DNA of 64,000 bases from positions 2,247,928 to 2,311,927 of the forward strand of contig OZ223209.1 in NCBI GenBank assembly GCA_965140415.1, written 5' to 3'. The translations under genes and the position numbers were made by a program. Positions 10,366-17,869 of the stretch are shown here, one piece after another (the stretch's first letter is position 1; every line of letters starts with the position of its first letter). This DNA comes from Myxococcota bacterium. GTDB lineage: Bacteria > Myxococcota_A > SURF-8. The notes beneath the pieces are model-generated. The model ran no database searches. It saw only the letters and a list, made by a program, of their open reading frames with translations, and was not told the DNA's origin.

Positions 10366-10997
10366 GACCGACCCGCCTTGTTCTGATAGTCCCGTTTCTC
10401 ATCGCATTCAACTTGCATAACGATTTCTTCGCGTATTCGTTTGAGACGTTTTAACGTGGTTCCACGATTTTCTTCCAGGATGCCCGCAATGTCGTCCGCT
10501 TTCAATTCCTCAACGTAGAACAGGTGGAAGGTAAGTCGTTTGCGATCTTCCATCTTTTTCACAACTTCCATAACTAGACGCACTTGTTCTTTGTTTTGGA
10601 AATGCCGGAATGAATGATCCTGGTTTTTCTCTGTTGCCATTTCCGTTTCCGAAAACGACTTCAAGAGGCCGCTGTACGTTTTTCCGCGCTTGATTTCGTT
10701 TAAGCACAAATTGCAAGTGATACGATAAATCCAAGTACTTAGCTTGGAATCTGCTCGGAAACGACCGATAGTGCGAAAGACTCGAATGAAAGTTTCTTGA
10801 ACGATATTCTGCGCTTCGGCCTCATTTTGCAGAAACTGAAAAGCAAGCCGGAAAACCCGATCCGCATTCTGATCGTAAAGCGCTCGGAAAGCGCCGGAAT
10901 GCCCTTGCCGGATTCCATCCAGTATGCTGGCATCATCCAGGTTGCCGATGGGAATTACGTTGTTCTTAAATCCTGTGTTCATTTCTCGATATCGCAA
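10362..10997 (-). CDS. ECF-subfamily RNA polymerase sigma-70 factor.
   Basis: 211 aa. A region-2 motif (FRALYDQNADRVFRLAFQFL…ETFIRVF…STWIYRITCN) and a region-4 helix-turn-helix. Translationally coupled to the downstream anti-sigma gene. Confidence 0.88.
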   Translation of the reverse strand: MRYREMNTGFKNNVIPIGNLDDASILDGIRQGHSGAFRALYDQNADRVFRLAFQFLQNEAEAQNIVQETFIRVFRTIGRFRADSKLSTWIYRITCNLCLNEIKRGKTYSGLLKSFSETEMATEKNQDHSFRHFQNKEQVRLVMEVVKKMEDRKRLTFHLFYVEELKADDIAGILEENRGTTLKRLKRIREEIVMQVECDEKRDYQNKAGRS

Positions 10998-11282
10998 ATC
11001 GGGTTCAGAAATCGTATTGTTCTGTAGCTACCCGTTTTCTATCACTATTTGATGAAAACCCTACCATATTAAAAAGCGTTACGGCAGAGAATTACATGTT
11101 TTGTACATGGCTGACTGCGAAATGTGCCTGCCACGTGCTCGCACACCTTCTGTCATTGGACAACACGTAAAAGGGAATGATGGCAAAGAAAATAAAAAAA
11201 ATATGCGAATGGAAATCTTGGTTTTTTTACTGTGATTGCCGATGTTTTTCGTAAAGAAAGAAAATGAAGAAAGAAAAAGCAC

Positions 11283-11310
11283 TTGACAATCGGATGGAGA
11301 AACTTATTAT
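11283..11310 (+). promoter_or_regulatory. Sigma-70-like promoter (TTGACA, 16 nt spacer, TATTAT) upstream of the tetR-family gene.
   Basis: TTGACA at ~11283-11288 and TATTAT at ~11305-11310, read directly from the sequence. Positions ±2. Confidence 0.4.
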
Positions 11311-11317
11311 GTGAAAA

Positions 11318-11337
11318 GTAACTAAACGGTTAGTTAC
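11318..11337. promoter_or_regulatory. Perfect 8-4-8 inverted repeat GTAACTAA-ACGG-TTAGTTAC; candidate TetR-family operator.
   Basis: Palindrome seen directly, about 25 nt upstream of the TetR start at 11361 and overlapping the predicted transcription start region. Confidence 0.45.
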
Positions 11338-11360
11338 AAAACACTTGGAGAGCGCCTGAG

Positions 11361-11993
11361 ATGGAATCAGAAAAACCCAAGAGAAACGCGAAACTAGCAA
11401 AAGCTCGCTTGCTTCGTGAAGCAGAGAAATTGTTTGTTAAAAAAGGATATCATGCCGTTTCCGTGGATGAGATCGCTGCCAAAACGAAGCTGAACAAGCG
11501 AATGATCTATGTGTATTTCGGTTCAAAAGAAAAGTTGTACACCGAAGTGCTTAGAACGAATTTTGCCAAAATAGAAGAACTGGACATTCCAGAGCAGCAG
11601 AATGAAGGTGATTATTTCGAGAGACTTTCCGGATTGATGCACCAGTATTTTTTCTTTCTCTCCAGAAATCCGAATTTCGTGAGGCTGCTGGCCTGGGAGA
11701 TTCTGCTTGCGGATAAACGTTCGTTAAAACGGCTGGCTCAATATGCCTTTGGCGGCATTACGATGCTTCGTGATGCTCTGGAAGAAGGGATCGATCGTGG
11801 AATTCTGCGGGAAGACCTCCGATTGCATACCTTGTCTTTTGCCGTGATTTCACTCTTTTACAATTTCTTCAGTATGCGTCCGCTGGCTCAGGAGTTCTGG
11901 AATAGAGATCTGGAAAACGATGAAGCCCTCCATAAGATGCTGCGTCAATTGACGACTCTCTTTATGGAAGGTGCAGTAAATAGACCTCGTTAA
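11361..11993 (+). CDS. TetR/AcrR-family transcriptional regulator.
   Basis: 210 aa. An N-terminal helix-turn-helix (ARLLREAEKLFVKKGYHAVSVDEIAAKTKLNKRMIYVYFGSKEKLY) characteristic of the TetR family. Confidence 0.85.
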   Translation: MESEKPKRNAKLAKARLLREAEKLFVKKGYHAVSVDEIAAKTKLNKRMIYVYFGSKEKLYTEVLRTNFAKIEELDIPEQQNEGDYFERLSGLMHQYFFFLSRNPNFVRLLAWEILLADKRSLKRLAQYAFGGITMLRDALEEGIDRGILREDLRLHTLSFAVISLFYNFFSMRPLAQEFWNRDLENDEALHKMLRQLTTLFMEGAVNRPR

Positions 11994-12319
11994 TGGAAGG
12001 ATCACAAATGATGAATCGTTTGCAGAACATAGCGGTTGTGCTTTTAGCGGCAATTTTGTGTGTAGTCGTTTTCCAGGCTTGCGAAAGAGCCGAAATGAAA
12101 CAGGAAAAAGCGATTACCGGGTTGATAGACGCCACGGAAATCGACATCGCTTCCAAAATCCCGGGGCGAGTCAAAGAGATGGCGGTGCGCGAAGGAGATC
12201 GGGTGGAGAAAGGTCAGAAGCTGTTGACGTTATCCAGTGATGAAATCGAGGCCAAAATCGCTCAGGTCAATGCCGGTATCGATGCTTCGAAGGCGCAACT
12301 GGATATGGCTCGCAGTTAG
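11993..12319 (+). pseudogene. HlyD-family membrane-fusion (periplasmic adaptor) protein, N-terminal fragment only (108 aa).
   Basis: A TM anchor plus the start of a biotinyl/lipoyl-like domain (GLIDATEIDIASKIPGRVKEMAVREGDRVEKGQKLLTLSSDEIEAKIAQ), ending in a stop after 108 aa. Full-length adaptors are ~330-400 aa. No transporter gene follows; convergent nadB begins immediately after. Confidence 0.55.
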
Positions 12320-13914
12320 ATGACGGTATCTCGCTTGCAGAGTCCGTCATCCAAGTAGGGATAATCTCTGTTGTAGTGCAAGCCGCGTGATTCGTGTCTT
12401 AGTCTGGCTGAACGAATGATCAATTCCGCGACTTGAGCGATGTTACGCAGCTCAATGAAATCGGATGTCAGATTGTATTTCCAATAGTAGGTTTCCACTT
12501 CCTGACGCACCAAACTGATGCGATGGCTTGCACGTTCCAAGCGGTTTTCCGTGCGGGCAATACCGACAAAATTCCACATAAATCGCCGGATTTCTTCCCA
12601 AGTCTGGGTAACGATTACCTTTTCATCTGCGGGAACGGCACGGCCATAATCCCAGGTCGGTACATTGCGGATGGTTTCCTCGCGAATGCGAGTTTTGATG
12701 CTTTCAACGGAATGTTTTGCGGCTCGCGAACCGAAAACGACCGCTTCCAGCAGGCTGTTGCTGGCCAATCGATTCGCTCCGTGTAAGCCGGTACAGGCAA
12801 CTTCACCGATGGCGTAAAGTCCTTCAATGTTGGTTTTTCCGTTTTCATCGGTCATGACGCCGCCACAGGAGAAATGCGCAGCCGGAACCACTGGGATCGG
12901 TTCGCTGGAAATGTCGATTCCGTATTTCAGACATTGGCGGTAGATATTTGGAAAACGTTGCTGTATGAAATCGGGTTCGCGGGCGCTCATGTCCAGTACG
13001 ACGTATTCATCGCCGGTGGTCTTCATCTCGGTGTCGATGGCGCGCGCAACGATGTCACGAGGTGCCAGCGATTCCATTTGATGATATTTGTGCATGAACA
13101 GTTCCCCGTTCTGCCGCTTCAATATGCCGCCTTCACCGCGCAACGCCTCTGAAATCAGAAACGATTTTGCCTTCGGGTGGAACAGGCAGGTCGGGTGAAA
13201 CTGATAAAACTCCATATTGGCGATACGCGCCCCTGCTCGACGAGCCATGGCGATGCCGTCACCGGTGGCGACATCCGGGTTGCTTGTATATAAGTAGACT
13301 TTGCCTGCACCTCCGGTGGCTAAGCAGGTAACGGGAGCGGAAAAGGTTTTAACCACTTGCGAACGGATATCAAGTGCATAAGCTCCCATGCAGATGCGAT
13401 CGGATAGGTTGCCGGTGATTTTGTGTTTCATCAGCAGGTCGACGACGATGTGATACTCCAATACCTCGATATTGGGATGATCCATCACCTTTTCGGCAAG
13501 AGCGACTTCCACTGCCTGTCCGGTGAAGTCATCGACATGCAACACACGGCGTTTGGTATGACCTCCCTCGCGTCCGAGATCGTATTTTTCAGGGTTCTGT
13601 TCTGAGCGGTTGAAACTGACACCCATATCAACCAACTTTTTAATGGCTGCCGGTCCTTCTTCCACACATAATTGTACGATAGATTCTTTGCAGAGACCTG
13701 CTCCGGCATTTAGCGTATCGCGGATGTGATCGTCGAAGGAGTCTTTGCTGGATACAACCGAGGCAATGCCGCCCTGTGCGCGGTAAGTGTTGCTTTCCGT
13801 AATATTGCGTTTGGTCAACATGATGACTTTGCCGTGATCGGCCACTTCCAACGCAAAGTTCATTCCGGCCAAACCGGAACCCATTACCAAATAATCACAA
13901 GGAATGATCATCAT
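12316..13914 (-). CDS. nadB: L-aspartate oxidase.
   Basis: 532 aa. FAD-binding N-terminus (DYLVMGSGLAGMNFALE) and fumarate-reductase/succinate-dehydrogenase flavoprotein-like motifs (RAQGGIA, HYxMGG-like). Confidence 0.88.
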   Translation of the reverse strand: MMIIPCDYLVMGSGLAGMNFALEVADHGKVIMLTKRNITESNTYRAQGGIASVVSSKDSFDDHIRDTLNAGAGLCKESIVQLCVEEGPAAIKKLVDMGVSFNRSEQNPEKYDLGREGGHTKRRVLHVDDFTGQAVEVALAEKVMDHPNIEVLEYHIVVDLLMKHKITGNLSDRICMGAYALDIRSQVVKTFSAPVTCLATGGAGKVYLYTSNPDVATGDGIAMARRAGARIANMEFYQFHPTCLFHPKAKSFLISEALRGEGGILKRQNGELFMHKYHQMESLAPRDIVARAIDTEMKTTGDEYVVLDMSAREPDFIQQRFPNIYRQCLKYGIDISSEPIPVVPAAHFSCGGVMTDENGKTNIEGLYAIGEVACTGLHGANRLASNSLLEAVVFGSRAAKHSVESIKTRIREETIRNVPTWDYGRAVPADEKVIVTQTWEEIRRFMWNFVGIARTENRLERASHRISLVRQEVETYYWKYNLTSDFIELRNIAQVAELIIRSARLRHESRGLHYNRDYPYLDDGLCKRDTVI

Positions 13915-14115
13915 ACACTCCTGATAAAACTTGTGGTCTTCTGTATTGCTTACACAACGGCGGCGATCCTACCCCTTTGCAAAAGATTGTGCAAGGGTTT
14001 GATCTTTTCAGCTTCTCTTCATGTCATTATTGGGATGAGATTTCTCAGTTGGTTAGGAGGCATAAAAGAAACCGGACCCTTAAAAAAGGACCCGGCAAGA
14101 TTTTTTATCAACCAA

Positions 14116-16467
14116 TTAGTTTGAAGCGATTGTATGTTGCAGGATTTCGTCCATGTCGCGGATAAAGACGAAATTCAAGGCTTTTCTGGAAGATTCGGAA
14201 ATGTCATCCAGGTCTTTTTCATTGCGTTCCGGCAACAGGATGGTTTTGATTCCTGCCCGTTTGGCGGCTAGGACTTTTTCCTTTATTCCGCCAACCGGCA
14301 AGACCGTCCCGCGCAGTGTGATTTCTCCCGTCATGGCGATATCTTTATTGATCGGCTGGTTTTTCAGCAGGGAGGTCAGGGCGGCCATCATCGTCACACC
14401 GGCTGAAGGGCCATCTTTGGGAATCGCACCGGCTGGGACATGGATGTGAACGTCGTGAGTCGAGAATACTTCCTCGTCGATACTCAACTCTTTGGAGCGA
14501 CTGCGAATGTAGGACATGGCTGCTTTGGCGGATTCCTTCATGACATCACCCAGTTGACCAGTCGTTGTCAGATCTCCGCGTCCTTTCATCATGGTCGCTT
14601 CGATAAACAGGATGTCGCCGCCTACCGGTGTCCAGGCCAAGCCAGTAGCGACGCCACTGCGGCTGGTACGTTCGGCAACTTCCGAGTAATACTTTTCTTT
14701 GCCTAGGATTTCTTCAACTCTTTCGGGCGTGATTATCTGTTTGTCCTTGTTCCCATAGGCAACATCTCGTGCAACCGCACGGCAGATGCCTGCAATTTCA
14801 CGTTTGAGGTTACGGACGCCTGCCTCTTTGGTGTAGCTGTTGATCATGTGGCTGAGCGCTTCGTCCGTAAATTCAATCATGTCTTCACTCAGACCGTGCT
14901 CGACGACATTTTCACCAATCAGATAACGTTTGGCGATCAGCAGTTTTTCTTCCTCGGTATAACCGGGAATGTTTATTACTTCCATGCGGTCCAGCAGAGG
15001 GGGCGGGACGGTGTCCAGCGTGTTGGCGGTAGTAATGAACATGACCCGCGAAAGATCGAAGGGAACGTCGATATAATGATCGGAGAAAGCATGATTCTGC
15101 TCGGGGTCAAGCACTTCCAGCAAGGCGGAGGCTGGATCGCCACGGAAATCTTTCCCCAATTTCTCGATTTCATCCAGCATGAAAACCGGGTTGTTGGTTC
15201 CTGCTTTTTTCAAGCCTGTCAGAATACGCCCCGGCAATGCGCCGATATAGGTTCGGCGATGTCCTCGAATCTCTGCTTCATCATGAACGCCGCCAAGCGA
15301 CATCCGATGGAACTCACGACCCAAGGCTCTTGCAATCGAGCGACCGAGCGAGGTCTTTCCAACTCCCGGAGGGCCTTGTAGGCAGAGAATCGGTCCTTTT
15401 AGATTGCTGTTTTTCAACTTGAGCACGGCTAGGTATTCCAGGATTCGTCGCTTGACCTTCGCCAGGTCGTAGTGATCTTCCTCTAAAATATCCTCGGCAG
15501 ATTTTAGATCTAGGTTGTCCGTAGTCGATTTCGACCATGGCAGTTCGATCATCCAGTCGAGATAGGTGCGTACAACCTGATATTCTGGGGAACTGGTGTG
15601 CATGCGAGCCAGCCTTTTAAGCTCCTTCATGGCGGCTTCGTAGGCTTCTTCCGGCAGTTTGGCGTCTTCGATTGCACGGCGAAGTTTCTCGATTTCTTCC
15701 GAATCTCCGTCGGTTTCACCCAATTCCCGCTGGATGGCTTTCATCTGTTCACGCAAATAGGCTTCGCGCTGGTGGTGGTCGATTTTGTCTTTGACTTCAG
15801 ACTGGATTTTGTTCCCAAGTTCCAGCACATCCAGTTCACGAGTCAGAATGCCCGTGATATCCTTCAATCTTTCCCGAAGATCCATCACTTCGAGAATACG
15901 TTGCTTATTCTCGACTTCCAGATCCAGATAATGTGCAACCATATCCGCCAGATAGGAAGGGGTCGGTGCTTTGTCCACCAGGAAACCGGCTTCGTCCGGT
16001 ATGGTGGTGGACATGCGGATAACTTTGTGAACCGTGCTCTTCAGATTAAGGAAAAGCGCTTTCATTTCAAGGTCATCCGTGTTGAAAGGCTCCTCCTGGA
16101 AATACTCTACTTCCGCTTGGTGATATGGGAATTCGGAAACCATATCCACGATTTTAAAGCGGGCGATGCCTTGGATCAGGATACTGGCCGTCCCTTCTTT
16201 CGGATCCGATGCTTTGATGATTTTTCCAATAGTTCCATACTCATACAGATCTTTTTGTTCAGGCAGATCCACGTTCCCGTCTTTTTGGGCCACAATGCCC
16301 ATCAATCCCCCACCTTCCACCACATCACTGAGCAATTTCAGTGATTTTTCCCTGCCGATGGACAACGGCAGTGTCATATAGGGGAAAAGTACGGTGTTTC
16401 TTACGGGCAGCAAGGGAACGATGCCGGGCAGCGCTGTTTCTTGGATCAGTTCATTTTCTGGTGACAT
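14116..16467 (-). CDS. lon: ATP-dependent Lon protease (endopeptidase La).
   Basis: 783 aa. Lon N-domain, Walker A (GPPGVGKTS), and a C-terminal S16 protease domain with catalytic Ser/Lys (PKDGPSAG…K). Confidence 0.95.
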   Translation of the reverse strand: MSPENELIQETALPGIVPLLPVRNTVLFPYMTLPLSIGREKSLKLLSDVVEGGGLMGIVAQKDGNVDLPEQKDLYEYGTIGKIIKASDPKEGTASILIQGIARFKIVDMVSEFPYHQAEVEYFQEEPFNTDDLEMKALFLNLKSTVHKVIRMSTTIPDEAGFLVDKAPTPSYLADMVAHYLDLEVENKQRILEVMDLRERLKDITGILTRELDVLELGNKIQSEVKDKIDHHQREAYLREQMKAIQRELGETDGDSEEIEKLRRAIEDAKLPEEAYEAAMKELKRLARMHTSSPEYQVVRTYLDWMIELPWSKSTTDNLDLKSAEDILEEDHYDLAKVKRRILEYLAVLKLKNSNLKGPILCLQGPPGVGKTSLGRSIARALGREFHRMSLGGVHDEAEIRGHRRTYIGALPGRILTGLKKAGTNNPVFMLDEIEKLGKDFRGDPASALLEVLDPEQNHAFSDHYIDVPFDLSRVMFITTANTLDTVPPPLLDRMEVINIPGYTEEEKLLIAKRYLIGENVVEHGLSEDMIEFTDEALSHMINSYTKEAGVRNLKREIAGICRAVARDVAYGNKDKQIITPERVEEILGKEKYYSEVAERTSRSGVATGLAWTPVGGDILFIEATMMKGRGDLTTTGQLGDVMKESAKAAMSYIRSRSKELSIDEEVFSTHDVHIHVPAGAIPKDGPSAGVTMMAALTSLLKNQPINKDIAMTGEITLRGTVLPVGGIKEKVLAAKRAGIKTILLPERNEKDLDDISESSRKALNFVFIRDMDEILQHTIASN

Positions 16468-16672
16468 AGTCTCTATTTCCCTTTATCAGCTATGGCTGTT
16501 TCAATCGGTTTCTTTCGCTTCGTCTATAATATCTAATTTCAATTATAAGAAAGTCAAGATGCACGAAGCAAGTTTCCTTGAATATCTTTAATTCGTAAAA
16601 ACTCAGTGAAATTGCTATTTCACTTGTACTGCGCTTCCCAACATATGATATACTTACAGACTGAATTTATTT

Positions 16673-16689
16673 CCCCTTTGAAAAAGGGG
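16673..16689. other. Perfect 7-bp stem hairpin (CCCCTTT-gaa-AAAGGGG) in the lon-rpoH intergenic region.
   Basis: Seen directly. No T-run on either side, so not a canonical terminator. Function unknown. Confidence 0.3.
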
Positions 16690-16834
16690 GATAAGTTTGT
16701 TGATAGATGCGTAGTTGCATCATAGAAAATGGGAACATTGACCACAAGTGATTTGTCTCTCTCTAATGTCTGGTTGCACATAGTTTGTAAACGAACCTGC
16801 ACGAACAACAAGTTAGAAGGGGTGGCTTAGCAGT

Positions 16835-17869
16835 ATGACGACCGAGTCCGACAAGCCGATCAAGCCGCGTTTCGTGGAAGTACTTCCCAGCGAGGAGGAA
16901 CTTAGCGAAGACGAACTTGAAATGTCCGAAGATGAGGATACGGATTATGAAGAACAAAGTGATGACTCGGAAGTGTCATCGTCGCCATTTGCAGCCTCTT
17001 CTTCAACGCAATTGGCTCCCCGTTCTTCTTCGTCACTGGTGCGATTCGATCCGCTTCAGCGGTATTTATCCGAAATCCGCCAGTATCCGCTGCTAAGTCG
17101 GGAAGATGAACACGATCTTGCTGTCAGGTATCACGAAGAAGGAGATCTCGAGGCGGCTCATCATCTGGTTACTGGGAATCTCAGGCTGGTCGTCAAGATT
17201 TCGATGGAATATCATAAGTACTGGATGAATCTTTTAGATTTGGTTCAAGAAGGCAATGTTGGTCTTATGCAGGCTGTCAAACATTACGATCCATACAAGG
17301 GCGTCAAGCTCAGTTCCTATGCTTCGTTCTGGATAAAGGCCTATATTCTCAAGTTCATCATCGACAACTGGTCTTTGGTGAAAATCGGCACCACTCAGGC
17401 GCAGCGTAAGCTCTTTTTCAATTTGAAGAAGCAGAAAGAGAAATATGCGCTACTGGGATACGATCCGGGTGCGGAGCAGATCGCCAAAGACCTCAGCGTC
17501 AAGCCTTCTCTCGTTGTTGAAATGGAACAACGTATGGCGGGCGGCGATTTGTCACTGGATCAGCCGGTTGGACATGAATCCGAAGACCGACATATTGATT
17601 TTCTTCCATCTAACGATGAAGGGATCGATGACTTCCTGGCAGACAAGGAAATTCGGGATCTTTTCAAGGAAAAGCTCAAAGAGTATCGCAGTCAGTTGAA
17701 GGACAAGGAATTGTATATCTTCGATCACCGATTGCTTTCCGAAACCCCTGAAACGTTGAATAGCATCGGGGATCGTTATGGGATTTCGCGAGAACGTATT
17801 CGTCAAATCGAAGAACGTTTGGTAGACAAAATCCGGCAGTATTTTCGTGAGGAGGTAGAAGAACCATGA
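16835..17869 (+). CDS. rpoH: RNA polymerase sigma-32 (heat-shock sigma factor RpoH), with an acidic N-terminal extension.
   Basis: Sigma-70 regions 2 and 4, plus the diagnostic RpoH-box Q(R/K)KLFFNL (QRKLFFNLKK). An unusually acidic ~50-aa N-terminal extension. Confidence 0.82.
   Translation: MTTESDKPIKPRFVEVLPSEEELSEDELEMSEDEDTDYEEQSDDSEVSSSPFAASSSTQLAPRSSSSLVRFDPLQRYLSEIRQYPLLSREDEHDLAVRYHEEGDLEAAHHLVTGNLRLVVKISMEYHKYWMNLLDLVQEGNVGLMQAVKHYDPYKGVKLSSYASFWIKAYILKFIIDNWSLVKIGTTQAQRKLFFNLKKQKEKYALLGYDPGAEQIAKDLSVKPSLVVEMEQRMAGGDLSLDQPVGHESEDRHIDFLPSNDEGIDDFLADKEIRDLFKEKLKEYRSQLKDKELYIFDHRLLSETPETLNSIGDRYGISRERIRQIEERLVDKIRQYFREEVEEP

Noticed and set aside
13915-14115. Possible terminator hairpin between nadB and lon (ccggaccc…ggacccgg).
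   Set aside because: The repeats are direct rather than inverted. No stable stem plus T-run was found.
15598-16344. 248-aa plus-strand ORF inside lon. Similar antisense ORFs lie at 40048-40779 (actC), 41824-42489 (actB), 50541-51338 and 51807-52487 (ccoNO), 53759-54532 (amidohydrolase), 59482-60165 (sdhB), 29037-29861 and others.
   Set aside because: All are opposite well-supported conserved genes, have biased composition and no motifs. They are treated as spurious.
16575-16600. CTTGAAT hexamer upstream region as a possible sigma-32 promoter for lon/rpoH.
   Set aside because: No matching −10 CCCCATNT element at 13-15 nt spacing on either strand. The match is insufficient.
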